The position numbers and the translations under genes were made by a program. Shown piece by piece: positions 1 through 15,700 of a stretch of DNA of 64,000 nucleotides (positions are counted from its first letter, which is position 1; every line of letters begins with the position of its first letter). The stretch covers positions 1-64,000 of the forward strand of contig CAXKVF010000078.1 in assembly GCA_964057225.1 (NCBI GenBank). The letters are read 5' to 3'. The notes under the pieces were generated by a model, which was not told where the DNA came from, ran no database searches, and saw only the letters and a program-made list of their open reading frames with translations. The stretch is from Auanema rhodensis. Taxonomy: Eukaryota; Animalia; Nematoda.

Positions 1-3000
1 ATACCAAGTGCACATCACGTGTACATTTAATTAGCATAAATTAAAGTTCACGTAAATTTCAAAGTCATGGTTACCATGAAGCAATATCAATAAAAAATGG
101 TTTTTAGACTAATATGGACATGGGGAATCTAATTTTGAAAACCGCATCTCTTTATCTTTCACGTGAAGCGAGTTACATACCAAGTGCACATCACGTGTAC
201 ATTTAATTAGCATAAATTAAAGTTCACGTAAATTTCAAAGTCATGGTTACCATGAACCAATATCAATAAAAATTTGTTTTTAGACTAATATGGACATGGG
301 GAATCTAATTTTGAAAACCGCATCTCTTTATCTTTCACGTGAAGCGAGTTACATACCAAGTGCACATCACGTGTACATTTAATTAGCATAAATTAAAGTT
401 CACGTAAATTTCAAAGTCATGGTTACCATGCACCAATATCAATAAAAATTTGTTTTTAGACTAATATGGACATGGGGAATCTAATTTTGAAAACCGCATC
501 TCTTTATCTTTCACGTGAAGCGAGTTACATACCAAGTGCACATCACGTGTACATTTAATTAGCATAAATTAAAGTTCACGTAAATTTCAAAGTCATGGTT
601 ACCATGAACCAATATCAATAAAAATTTGTTTTTAGACTAATATGGACATGGGGAATCTAATTTTGAAAACCGCATCTCTTTATCTTTCACGTGAAGCGAG
701 TTACATACCAAGTGCACATCACGTGTACATTTAATTAGCATAAATTAAAGTTCACGTAAATTTCAAAGTCATGGTTACCATGCACCAATATCAATAAAAA
801 TTTGTTTTTAGACTAATATGGACATGGGGAATCTAATTTTGAAAACCGCATCTCTTTATCTTTCACGTGAAGCGAGTTACATACCAAGTGCACATCACGT
901 GTACATTTAATTAGCATAAATTAAAGTTCACGTAAACTTCAAAGTCATGGTTACCATGAAGCAATATCAATAAAAATTTGTTTTTAGACTAATATGGACA
1001 TGGGGAATCTAATTTTGAAAACCGCATCTCTTTATCTTTCACGTGAAGCGAGTTACATACCAAGTGCACATCACGTGTACATTTAATTAGCATAAATTAA
1101 AGTTCACGTAAATTTCAAAGTCATGGTTACCATGAACCAATATCAATAAAAATTTGTTTTTAGACTAATATGGACATGGGGAATCTAATTTTGAAAACCG
1201 CATCTCTTTATCTTTCACGTGAAGCGAGTTACATACCAAGTGCACATCACGTGTACATTTAATTAGCATAAATTAAAGTTCACGTAAATTTCAAAGTCAT
1301 GGTTACCATGAACCAATATCAATAAAAATTTGTTTTTAGACTAATATGGACATGGGGAATCTAATTTTGAAAACCGCATCTCTTTATCTTTCACGTGAAG
1401 CGAGTTACATACCAAGTGCACATCACGTGTACATTTAATTAGCATAAATTAAAGTTCACGTAAATTTCAAAGTCATGGTTACCATGAACCAATATCAATA
1501 AAAATTTGTTTTTAGACTAATATGGACATGGGGAATCTAATTTTGAAAACCGCATTTCTTTATCTTTCACGTGAAGCGAGTTACATACCAAGTGCACATC
1601 ACGTGTACATTTAATTAGCATAAATTAAAGTTCACGTAAATTTCAAAGTCATGGTTACCATGCACCAATAACAATAAAAATTTGTTTTTAGACTGATATG
1701 GACATGGGGAATCTAATTTTGAAAACCGCATCTCTTTATCTTTCACGTGAAGCGAGTTACATACCAAGTGCACATCACGTGTACATTTAATTAGCATAAA
1801 TTAAAGTTCACGTAAATTTCAAAGTCATGGTTACCATGAACCAATATCAATAAAAATTCGTTTTTAGACTAATATGGACATGGGGAATCTAATTTTGAAA
1901 ACCGCATTTCTTTATCTTTCACGTGAAGCGAGTTACATACCAAGTGCACATCACGTGTACATTTAATTAGCATAAATTAAAGTTCACGTAAATTTCAAAG
2001 TCATGGTTACCATGCACCAATAACAATAAAAATTTGTTTTTAGACTGATATGGACATGGGGAATCTAATTTTGAAAACCGCATCTCTTTATCTTTCACGT
2101 GAAGCGAGTTACATACCAAGTGCACATCACGTGTACATTTAATTAGCATAAATTAAAGTTCACGTAAATTTCAAAGTCATGGTTACCATGCACCAATATC
2201 AATAAAAATTTGTTTTTAGACTAATATGGACATGGGGAATCTAATTTTGAAAACCGCATCTCTTTATCTTTCACGTGAAGCGAGTTACATACCAAGTGCA
2301 CATCACGTGTACATTTAATTAGCATAAATTAAAGTTCACGTAAACTTCAAAGTCATGGTTACCATGAAGCAATATCAATAAAAATTTGTTTTTAGACTAA
2401 TATGGACATGGGGAATCTAATTTTGAAAACCGCATCTCTTTATCTTTCACGTGAAGCGAGTTACATACCAAGTGCACATCACGTGTACATTTAATTAGCA
2501 TAAATTAAAGTTCACGTAAATTTCAAAGTCATGGTTACCATGAACCAATATCAATAAAAATTTGTTTTTAGACTAATATGGACATGGGGAATCTAATTTT
2601 GAAAACCGCATCTCTTTATCTTTCACGTGAAGCGAGTTACATACCAAGTGCACATCACGTGTACATTTAATTAGCATAAATTAAAGTTCACGTAAATTTC
2701 AAAGTCATGGTTACCATGAACCAATATCAATAAAAATTTGTTTTTAGACTAATATGGAAATGGGGAATCTAATTTTGAAAACCGCATTTCTTTATCTTTC
2801 ACGTGAAGCGAGTTACATACCAAGTGCACATCACGTGTACATTTAATTAGCATAAATTAAAGTTCACGTAAATTTCAAAGTCATGGTTACCATGAACCAA
2901 TATCAATAAAAATTTGTTTTTAGACTAATATGGACATGGGGAATCTAATTTTGAAAACCGCATCTCTTTATCTTTCACGTGAAGCGAGTTACATACCAAG

Positions 3001-6000
3001 TGCACATCACGTGTACATTTAATTAGCATAAATTAAAGTTCACGTAAAATTCAAAGTCATGGTTACCATGCACCAATATCAATAAAAATTTGTTTTTAGA
3101 CTAATATGGACATGGGGAATCTAATTTTGAAAACCGCATCTCTTTATCTTTCACGTGAAGCGAGTTACATACCAAGTGCACATCACGTGTACATTTAATT
3201 AGCATAAATTAAAGTTCACGTAAATTTCAAAGTCATGGTTACCATGAACCAATATCAATAAAAATTTGTTTTTAGACTAATATGGACATGGGGAATCTAA
3301 TTTTGAAAACCGCATCTCTTTATCTTTCACGTGAAGCGAGTTACATACCAAGTGCACATCACGTGTACATTTAATTAGCATAAATTAAAGTTCACGTAAA
3401 TTTCAAAGTCATGGTTACCATGAAGCAATATCAATAAAAAATGGTTTTTAGACTAATATGGACATGGGGAATCTAATTTTGAAAACCGCATCTCTTTATC
3501 TTTCACGTGAAGCGAGTTACATACCAAGTGCACATCACGTGTACATTTAATTAGCATAAATTAAAGTTCACGTAAATTTCAAAGTCATGGTTACCATGAA
3601 CCAATATCAATAAAAATTTGTTTTTAGACTAATATGGACATGGGGAATCTAATTTTGAAAACCGCATCTCTTTATCTTTCACGTGAAGCGAGTTACATAC
3701 CAAGTGCACATCACGTGTACATTTAATTAGCATAAATTAAAGTTCACGTAAATTTCAAAGTCATGGTTACCATGCACCAATATCAATAAAAATTTGTTTT
3801 TAGACTAATATGGACATGGGGAATCTAATTTTGAAAACCGCATCTCTTTATCTTTCACGTGAAGCGAGTTACATACCAAGTGCACATCACGTGTACATTT
3901 AATTAGCATAAATTAAAGTTCACGTAAATTTCAAAGTCATGGTTACCATGAACCAATATCAATAAAAATTTGTTTTTAGACTAATATGGACATGGGGAAT
4001 CTAATTTTGAAAACCGCATCTCTTTATCTTTCACGTGAAGCGAGTTACATACCAAGTGCACATCACGTGTACATTTAATTAGCATAAATTAAAGTTCACG
4101 TAAATTTCAAAGTCATGGTTACCATGCACCAATATCAATAAAAATTTGTTTTTAGACTAATATGGACATGGGGAATCTAATTTTGAAAACCGCATCTCTT
4201 TATCTTTCACGTGAAGCGAGTTACATACCAAGTGCACATCACGTGTACATTTAATTAGCATAAATTAAAGTTCACGTAAACTTCAAAGTCATGGTTACCA
4301 TGAAGCAATATCAATAAAAATTTGTTTTTAGACTAATATGGACATGGGGAATCTAATTTTGAAAACCGCATCTCTTTATCTTTCACGTGAAGCGAGTTAC
4401 ATACCAAGTGCACATCACGTGTACATTTAATTAGCATAAATTAAAGTTCACGTAAATTTCAAAGTCATGGTTACCATGAACCAATATCAATAAAAATTTG
4501 TTTTTAGACTAATATGGACATGGGGAATCTAATTTTGAAAACCGCATCTCTTTATCTTTCACGTGAAGCGAGTTACATACCAAGTGCACATCACGTGTAC
4601 ATTTAATTAGCATAAATTAAAGTTCACGTAAATTTCAAAGTCATGGTTACCATGAACCAATATCAATAAAAATTTGTTTTTAGACTAATATGGACATGGG
4701 GAATCTAATTTTGAAAACCGCATCTCTTTATCTTTCACGTGAAGCGAGTTACATACCAAGTGCACATCACGTGTACATTTAATTAGCATAAATTAAAGTT
4801 CACGTAAATTTCAAAGTCATGGTTACCATGAACCAATATCAATAAAAATTTGTTTTTAGACTAATATGGACATGGGGAATCTAATTTTGAAAACCGCATT
4901 TCTTTATCTTTCACGTGAAGCGAGTTACATACCAAGTGCACATCACGTGTACATTTAATTAGCATAAATTAAAGTTCACGTAAATTTCAAAGTCATGGTT
5001 ACCATGCACCAATAACAATAAAAATTTGTTTTTAGACTGATATGGACATGGGGAATCTAATTTTGAAAACCGCATCTCTTTATCTTTCACGTGAAGCGAG
5101 TTACATACCAAGTGCACATCACGTGTACATTTAATTAGCATAAATTAAAGTTCACGTAAATTTCAAAGTCATGGTTACCATGAACCAATATCAATAAAAA
5201 TTCGTTTTTAGACTAATATGGACATGGGGAATCTAATTTTGAAAACCGCATTTCTTTATCTTTCACGTGAAGCGAGTTACATACCAAGTGCACATCACGT
5301 GTACATTTAATTAGCATAAATTAAAGTTCACGTAAATTTCAAAGTCATGGTTACCATGCACCAATAACAATAAAAATTTGTTTTTAGACTGATATGGACA
5401 TGGGGAATCTAATTTTGAAAACCGCATCTCTTTATCTTTCACGTGAAGCGAGTTACATACCAAGTGCACATCACGTGTACATTTAATTAGCATAAATTAA
5501 AGTTCACGTAAATTTCAAAGTCATGGTTACCATGCACCAATATCAATAAAAATTTGTTTTTAGACTAATATGGACATGGGGAATCTAATTTTGAAAACCG
5601 CATCTCTTTATCTTTCACGTGAAGCGAGTTACATACCAAGTGCACATCACGTGTACATTTAATTAGCATAAATTAAAGTTCACGTAAACTTCAAAGTCAT
5701 GGTTACCATGAAGCAATATCAATAAAAATTTGTTTTTAGACTAATATGGACATGGGGAATCTAATTTTGAAAACCGCATCTCTTCATCTTTCACGTGAAG
5801 CGAGTTACATACCAAGTGCACATCACGTGTACATTTAATTAGCATAAATTAAAGTTCACGTAAATTTCAAAGTCATGGTTACCATGAACCAATATCAATA
5901 AAAATTTGTTTTTAGACTAATATGGACATGGGGAATCTAATTTTGAAAACCGCATCTCTTTATCTTTCACGTGAAGCGAGTTACATACCAAGTGCACATC

Positions 6001-6770
6001 ACGTGTACATTTAATTAGCATAAATTAAAGTTCACGTAAATTTCAAAGTCATGGTTACCATGAACCAATATCAATAAAAATTTGTTTTTAGACTAATATG
6101 GAAATGGGGAATCTAATTTTGAAAACCGCATTTCTTTATCTTTCACGTGAAGCGAGTTACATACCAAGTGCACATCACGTGTACATTTAATTAGCATAAA
6201 TTAAAGTTCACGTAAATTTCAAAGTCATGGTTACCATGAACCAATATCAATAAAAATTTGTTTTTAGACTAATATGGACATGGGGAATCTAATTTTGAAA
6301 ACCGCATCTCTTTATCTTTCACGTGAAGCGAGTTACATACCAAGTGCACATCACGTGTACATTTAATTAGCATAAATTAAAGTTCACGTAAAATTCAAAG
6401 TCATGGTTACCATGCACCAATATCAATAAAAATTTGTTTTTAGACTAATATGGACATGGGGAATCTAATTTTGAAAACCGCATCTCTTTATCTTTCACGT
6501 GAAGCGAGTTACATACCAAGTGCACATCACGTGTACATTTAATTAGCATAAATTAAAGTTCACGTAAATTTCAAAGTCATGGTTACCATGAACCAATATC
6601 AATAAAAATTTGTTTTTAGACTAATATGGACATGGGGAATCTAATTTTGAAAACCGCATCTCTTTATCTTTCACGTGAAGCGAGTTACATACCAAGTGCA
6701 CATCACGTGTACATTTAATTAGCATAAATTAAAGTTCACGTAAATTTCAAAGTCATGGTTACCATGAAGC
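1..6770. repeat. Higher-order duplication, 19 monomers (3344 bp), two copies; boundaries approximate
   Basis: Private variants recur at +3344: AAAATGGTTT (about 97 and 3441), the AATAAC/GACTGAT monomers (ORF hits at 1615/4959 and 1967/5311) and GGAAATGG (about 2759 and 6103). Confidence 0.9.
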
Positions 6771-9700
6771 AATATCAATAAAAATTTGTTTTTAGACTAA
6801 TATGGACATGGGGAATCTAATTTTGAAAACCGCATCTCTTTATCTTTCACGTGAAGCGAGTTACATACCAAGTGCACATCACGTGTACATTTAATTAGCA
6901 TAAATTAAAGTTCACGTAAATTTCAAAGTCATGGTTACCATGAACCAATATCAATAAAAATTTGTTTTTAGACTAATATGGACATGGGGAATCTAATTTT
7001 GAAAACCGCATCTCTTTATCTTTCACGTGAAGCGAGTTACATACCAAGTGCACATCACGTGTACATTTAATTAGCATAAATTAAAGTTCACGTAAAATTC
7101 AAAGTCATGGTTACCATGCACCAATATCAATAAAAATTTGTTTTTAGACTAATATGGACATGGGGAATCTAATTTTGAAAACCGCATCTCTTTATCTTTC
7201 ACGTGAAGCGAGTTACATACCAAGTGCACATCACGTGTACATTTAATTAGCATAAATTAAAGTTCACGTAAATTTCAAAGTCATGGTTACCATGCACCAA
7301 TATCAATAAAAATTTGTTTTTAGACTAATATGGACATGGGGAATCTAATTTTGAAAACCGCATCTCTTTATCTTTCACGTGAAGCGAGTTACATACCAAG
7401 TGCACATCACGTGTACATTTAATTAGCATAAATTAAAGTTCACGTAAATTTCAAAGTCATGGTTACCATGAACCAATATCAATAAAAATTTGTTTTTAGA
7501 CTAATATGGACATGGGGAATCTAATTTTGAAAACCGCATCTCTTTATCTTTCACGTGAAGCGAGTTACATACCAAGTGCACATCACGTGTACATTTAATT
7601 AGCATAAATTAAAGTTCACGTAAATTTCAAAGTCATGGTTACCATGAAGCAATATCAATAAAAATTTGTTTTTAGACTAATATGGACATGGGGAATCTAA
7701 TTTTGAAAACCGCATCTCTTTATCTTTCACGTGAAGCGAGTTACATACCAAGTGCACATCACGTGTACATTTAATTAGCATAAATTAAAGTTCACGTAAA
7801 TTTCAAAGTCATGGTTACCATGCACCAATATCAATAAAAATTTGTTTTTAGACTAATATGGACATGGGGAATCTAATTTTGAAAACCGCATCTCTTTATC
7901 TTTCACGTGAAGCGAGTTACATACCAAGTGCACATCACGTGTACATTTAATTAGCATAAATTAAAGTTCACGTAAATTTCAAAGTCATGGTTACCATGAA
8001 CCAATATCAATAAAAATTTGTTTTTAGACTAATATGGACATGGGGAATCTAATTTTGAAAACCGCATCTCTTTATCTTTCACGTGAAGCGAGTTACATAC
8101 CAAGTGCACATCACGTGTACATTTAATTAGCATAAATTAAAGTTCACGTAAATTTCAAAGTCATGGTTACCATGAAGCAATATCAATAAAAATTTGTTTT
8201 TAGACTAATATGGACATGGGGAATCTAATTTTGAAAACCGCATCTCTTTATCTTTCACGTGAAGCGAGTTACATACCAAGTGCACATCACGTGTACATTT
8301 AATTAGCATAAATTAAAGTTCACGTAAATTTCAAAGTCATGGTTACCATGCACCAATATCAATAAAAATTTGTTTTTAGACTGATATGGACATGGGGAAT
8401 CTAATTTTGAAAACCGCATCTCTTTATCTTTCACGTGAAGCGAGTTACATACCAAGTGCACATCACGTGTACATTTAATTAGCATAAATTAAAGTTCACG
8501 TAAATTTCAAAGTCATGGTTACCATGAACCAATATCAATAAAAATTTGTTTTTAAACTAATATGGACATGGGGAATCTAATTTTGAAAACCGCATCTCTT
8601 TATCTTTCACGTGAAGCGAGTTACATACCAAGTGCACATCACGTGTACATTTAATTAGCATAAATTAAAGTTCACGTAAATTTCAAAGTCATGGTTACCA
8701 TGAACCAATATCAATAAAAATTTGTTTTTAGACTAATATGGACATGGGGAATCTAATTTTGAAAACCGCATCTCTTTATCTTTCACGTGAAGCGAGTTAC
8801 ATACCAAGTGCACATCACGTGTACATTTAATTAGCATAAATTAAAGTTCACGTAAATTTCAAAGTCATGGTTACCATGAACCAATATCAATAAAAATTTG
8901 TTTTTAGACTAATATGGACATGGGGAATCTAATTTTGAAAACCGCATTTCTTTATCTTTCACGTGAAGCGAGTTACATACCAAGTGCACATCACGTGTAC
9001 ATTTAATTAGCATAAATTAAAGTTCACGTAAAATTCAAAGTCATGGTTACCATGAAGCAATATCAATAAAAATTTGTTTTTAGACTAATATGGACATGGG
9101 GAATCTAATTTTGAAAACCGCATCTCTTTATCTTTCACGTGAAGCGAGTTACATACCAAGTGCACATCACGTGTACATTTAATTAGCATAAATTAAAGTT
9201 CACGTAAATTTCAAAGTCATGGTTACCATGAACCAATATCAATAAAAATTTGTTTTTAGACTAATATGGACATGGGGAATCTAATTTTGAAAACCGCATC
9301 TCTTTATCTTTCACGTGAAGCGAGTTACATACCAAGTGCACATCACGTGTACATTTAATTAGCATAAATTAAAGTTCACGTAAATTTCAAAGTCATGGTT
9401 ACCATGAACCAATATCAATAAAAATTTGTTTTTAGACTAATATGGACATGGGGAATCTAATTTTGAAAACCGCATTTCTTTATCTTTCACGTGAAGCGAG
9501 TTACATACCAAGTGCACATCACGTGTACATTTAATTAGCATAAATTAAAGTTCACGTAAAATTCAAAGTCATGGTTACCATGCACCAATATCAATAAAAA
9601 TTTGTTTTTAGACTAATATGGACATGGGGAATCTAATTTTGAAAACCGCATCTCTTTATCTTTCACGTGAAGCGAGTTACATACCAAGTGCACATCACGT

Positions 9701-12700
9701 GTACATTTAATTAGCATGAATTAAAGTTCACGTAAAATTCAAAGTCATGGTTACCATGCACCAATATCAATAAAAATTTGTTTTTAGACTAATATGGACA
9801 TGGGGAATCTAATTTTGAAAACCGCATCTCTTTATCTTTCACGTGAAGCGAGTTACATACCAAGTGCACATCACGTGTACATTTAATTAGCATAAATTAA
9901 AGTTCACGTAAATTTCAAAGTCATGGTTACCATGCACCAATATCAATAAAAATTTGTTTTTAGACTAATATGGACATGGGGAATCTAATTTTGAAAACCG
10001 CATCTCTTTATCTTTCACGTGAAGCGAGTTACATACCAAGTGCACATCACGTGTACATTTAATTAGCATAAATTAAAGTTCACGTAAATTTCAAAGTCAT
10101 GGTTACCATGAACCAATATCAATAAAAATTTGTTTTTAGACTAATATGGACATGGGGAATCTAATTTTGAAAACCGCATCTCTTTATCTTTCACGTGAAG
10201 CGAGTTACATACCAAGTGCACATCACGTGTACATTTAATTAGCATAAATTAAAGTTCACGTAAATTTCAAAGTCATGGTTACCATGCACCAATATCAATA
10301 AAAATTTGTTTTTAGACTGATATGGACATGGGGAATCTAATTTTGAAAACCGCATCTCTTTATCTTTCACGTGAAGCGAGTTACATACCAAGTGCACATC
10401 ACGTGTACATTTAATTAGCATAAATTAAAGTTCACGTAAATTTCAAAGTCATGGTTACCATGAACCAATATCAATAAAAATTTGTTTTTAGACTAATATG
10501 GACATGGGGAATCTAATTTTGAAAACCGCATCTCTTTATCTTTCACGTGAAGCGAGTTACATACCAAGTGCACATCACGTGTACATTTAATTAGCCTAAA
10601 ATAAAGTTCACGTAAATTTCAAAGTCATGGTTACCATGAACCAATATCAATAAAAATTTGTTTTTAGACTAATATGGACATGGGGAATCTAATTTTGAAA
10701 ACCGCATCTCTTTATCTTTCACGTGAAGCGAGTTACATACCAAGTGCACATCACGTGTACATTTAATTAGCATAAATTAAAGTTCACGTAAATTTCAAAG
10801 TCATGGTTACCATGAAGCAATATCAATAAAAATTTGTTTTTAGACTAATATGGACATGGGGAATCTAATTTTGAAAACCGCATCTCTTTATCTTTCACGT
10901 GAAGCGAGTTACATACCAAGTGCACATCACGTGTACATTTAATTAGCATAAATTAAAGTTCACGTAAATTTCAAAGTCATGGTTACCATGCACCAATATC
11001 AATAAAAATTTGTTTTTAGACTGATATGGACATGGGGAATCTAATTTTGAAAACCGCATCTCTTTATCTTTCACGTGAAGCGAGTTACATACCAAGTGCA
11101 CATCACGTGTACATTTAATTAGCATAAATTAAAGTTCACGTAAATTTCAAAGTCATGGTTACCATGAACCAATATCAATAAAAATTTGTTTTTAGACTAA
11201 TATGGACATGGGGAATCTAATTTTGAAAACCGCATCTCTTTATCTTTCACGTGAAGCGAGTTACATACCAAGTGCACATCACGTGTACATTTAATTAGCA
11301 TAAATTAAAGTTCACGTAAATTTCAAAGTCATGGTTACCATGAACCAATATCAATAAAAATTTGTTTTTAGACTAATATGGACATGGGGAATCTAATTTT
11401 GAAAACCGCATTTCTTTATCTTTCACGTGAAGCGAGTTACATACCAAGTGCACATCACGTGTACATTTAATTAGAATAAATTAAAGTTCACGTAAATTTC
11501 AAAGTCATGGTTACCATGAACCAATATCAATAAAAATTTGTTTTTAGACTAATATGGACATGGGGAATCTAATTTTGAAAACCGCATCTCTTTATCTTTC
11601 ACGTGAAGCGAGTTACATACCAAGTGCACATCACGTGTACATTCAATTAGCATAAATTAAAGTTCACGTAAATTTCAAAGTCATGGTTACCATGCACCAA
11701 TATCAATAAAAATTTGTTTTTAGACTAATATGGACATGGGGAATCAAATTTTGAAAACCGCATCTCTTTATCTTTCACGTGAAGCGAGTTACATACCAAG
11801 TGCACATCACGTGTACATTTAATTAGCATAAATTAATGTTCACGTAAATTTCAAAGTCATGGTTACCATGAACCAATATCAATAAAAATTTGTTTTTAGA
11901 CTAATATGGACATGGGGCATCTAATTTTGAAAACCGCATCTCTTTATCTTTCACGTGAAGCGAGTTACATACCAAGTGCACATCACGTGTACATTTAATT
12001 AGCATAAATTAAAGTTCACGTAAATTTCAAAGTCATGGTTACCATGAACCAATATCAATAAAAATTTGTTTTTAGACTAATATGGACATGGGGAATCTAA
12101 TTTTGAAAACCGCATCTCTTTATCTTTCACGTGAAGCGAGTTACATACCAAGTGCACATCACGTGTACATTTAATTAGCATAAATTAAAGTTCACGTAAA
12201 TTTCAAAGTCATGGTTACCATGAACCAATATCAATAAAAATTTGTTTTTAGACTAATATGGACATGGGGAATCTAATTTTGAAAACCGCATCTCTTTATC
12301 TTTCACGTGAAGCGAGTTACATACCAAGTGCACATCACGTGTACATTTAATTAGCATAAATTAAAGTTCACGTAAATTTCAAAGTCATGGTTACCATGCA
12401 CCAATATCAATAAAAATTTGTTTTTAGACTAATATGGACATGGGGAATCTAATTTTGAAAACCGCATCTCTTTATCTTTCACGTGAAGCGAGTTACATAC
12501 CAAGTGCACATCACGTGTACATTTAATTAGCATAAATTAAAGTTCACGTAAATTTCAAAGTCATGGTTACCATGAACCAATATCAATAAAAATTTGTTTT
12601 TAGACTAATATGGACATGGGGAATCTAATTTTGAAAACCGCATCTCTTTATCTTTCACGTGAAGCGAGTTACATACCAAGTGCACATCACGTGTACATTT

Positions 12701-15700
12701 AATTAGCATAAATTAAAGTTCACGTAAATTTCAAAGTCATGGTTACCATGAACCAATATCAATAAAAATTTGTTTTTAGACTAATATGGACATGGGGAAT
12801 CTAATTTTGAAAACCGCATCTCTTTATCTTTCACGTGAAGCGAGTTACATACCAAGTGCACATCACGTGTACATTTAATTAGCATAAATTAAAGTTCACG
12901 TAAATTTCAAAGTCATGGTTACCATGAAGCAATATCAATAAAAATTTGTTTTTAGACTAATATGGACATGGGGAATCTAATTTTGAAAACCGCATCTCTT
13001 TATCTTTCACGTGAAGCGAGTTACATACCAAGTGCACATCACGTGTACATTTAATTAGCATAAATTAAAGTTCACGTAAACTTCAAAGTCATGGTTACCA
13101 TGAAGCAATATCAATAAAAATTTGTTTTTAGACTAATATGGACATGGGGAATCAAATTTTGAAAACCGCATCTCTTTATCTTTCACGTGAAGCGAGTTAC
13201 ATACCAAGTGCACATCACGTGTACATTTAATTAGCATAAATTAATGTTCACGTAAATTTCAAAGTCATGGTTACCATGAACCAATATCAATAAAAATTTG
13301 TTTTTAGACTAATATGGACATGGGGCATCTAATTTTGAAAACCGCATCTCTTTATCTTTCACGTGAAGCGAGTTACATACCAAGTGCACATCACGTGTAC
13401 ATTTAATTAGCATAAATTAAAGTTCACGTAAATTTCAAAGTCATGGTTACCATGAACCAATATCAATAAAAATTTGTTTTTAGACTAATATGGACATGGG
13501 GAATCTAATTTTGAAAACCGCATCTCTTTATCTTTCACGTGAAGCGAGTTACATACCAAGTGCACATCACGTGTACATTTAATTAGCATAAATTAAAGTT
13601 CACGTAAATTTCAAAGTCATGGTTACCATGAACCAATATCAATAAAAATTTGTTTTTAGACTAATATGGACATGGGGAATCTAATTTTGAAAACCGCATC
13701 TCTTTATCTTTCACGTGAAGCGAGTTACATACCAAGTGCACATCACGTGTACATTTAATTAGCATAAATTAAAGTTCACGTAAATTTCAAAGTCATGGTT
13801 ACCATGCACCAATATCAATAAAAATTTGTTTTTAGACTAATATGGACATGGGGAATCTAATTTTGAAAACCGCATCTCTTTATCTTTCACGTGAAGCGAG
13901 TTACATACCAAGTGCACATCACGTGTACATTTAATTAGCATAAATTAAAGTTCACGTAAATTTCAAAGTCATGGTTACCATGAACCAATATCAATAAAAA
14001 TTTGTTTTTAGACTAATATGGACATGGGGAATCTAATTTTGAAAACCGCATCTCTTTATCTTTCACGTGAAGCGAGTTACATACCAAGTGCACATCACGT
14101 GTACATTTAATTAGCATAAATTAAAGTTCACGTAAATTTCAAAGTCATGGTTACCATGAACCAATATCAATAAAAATTTGTTTTTAGACTAATATGGACA
14201 TGGGGAATCTAATTTTGAAAACCGCATCTCTTTATCTTTCACGTGAAGCGAGTTACATACCAAGTGCACATCACGTGTACATTTAATTAGCATAAATTAA
14301 AGTTCACGTAAATTTCAAAGTCATGGTTACCATGAAGCAATATCAATAAAAATTTGTTTTTAGACTAATATGGACATGGGGAATCTAATTTTGAAAACCG
14401 CATCTCTTTATCTTTCACGTGAAGCGAGTTACATACCAAGTGCACATCACGTGTACATTTAATTAGCATAAATTAAAGTTCACGTAAACTTCAAAGTCAT
14501 GGTTACCATGAAGCAATATCAATAAAAATTTGTTTTTAGACTAATATGGACATGGGGAATCTAATTTTGAAAACCGCATCTCTTTATCTTTCACGTGAAG
14601 CGAGTTACATACCAAGTGCACATCACGTGTACATTTAATTAGCATAAATTAAAGTTCACGTAAACTTCAAAGTCATGGTTACCATGAAGCAATATCAATA
14701 AAAATTTGTTTTTAGACTAATATGGACATGGGGAATCTAATTTTGAAAACCGCATCTCTTTATCTTTCACGTGAAGCGAGTTACATACCAAGTGCACATC
14801 ACGTGTACATTTAATTAGCATAAATTAAAGTTCACGTAAATTTCAAAGTCATGGTTACCATGAACCAATATCAATAAAAATTTGTTTTTAGACTAATATG
14901 GACATGGGGAATCTAATTTTGAAAACCGCATCTCTTTATCTTTCACGTGAAGCGAGTTACATACCAAGTGCACATCACGTGTACATTTAATTAGCATAAA
15001 TTAAAGTTCACGTAAACTTCAAAGTCATGGTTACCATGAAGCAATATCAATAAAAATTTGTTTTTAGACTAATATGGACATGGGGAATCTAATTTTGAAA
15101 ACCGCATCTCTTTATCTTTCACGTGAAGCGAGTTACATACCAAGTGCACATCACGTGTACATTTAATTAGCATAAATTAAAGTTCACGTAAACTTCAAAG
15201 TCATGGTTACCATGAAGCAATATCAATAAAAATTTGTTTTTAGACTAATATGGACATGGGGAATCTAATTTTGAAAACCGCATCTCTTTATCTTTCACGT
15301 GAAGCGAGTTACATACCAAGTGCACATCACGTGTACATTTAATTAGCATAAATTAAAGTTCACGTAAATTTCAAAGTCATGGTTACCACGAACCAATATC
15401 AATAAAAATTTGTTTTTAGACTAATATGGACATGGGGAATCTAATTTTGAAAACCGCATCTCTTTATCTTTCACGTGAAGCGAGTTACATACCAAGTGCA
15501 CATCACGTGTACATTTAATTAGCATAAATTAAAGTTCACGTAAATTTCAAAGTCATGGTTACCATGAACCAATATCAATAAAAATTTGTTTTTAGACTAA
15601 TATGGACATGGGGAATCTAATTTTGAAAACCGCATCTCTTTATCTTTCACGTGAAGCGAGTTACATACCAAGTGCACATCACGTGTACATTTAATTAGCA

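Noticed and set aside
1615-11125. Seven near-identical 60-aa minus-strand ORFs (MLIKCTRDVH...)
   Set aside because: They arise only in monomers where a GACTAAT to GACTGAT substitution removes a stop. They are satellite translation artefacts with no recognisable domain.
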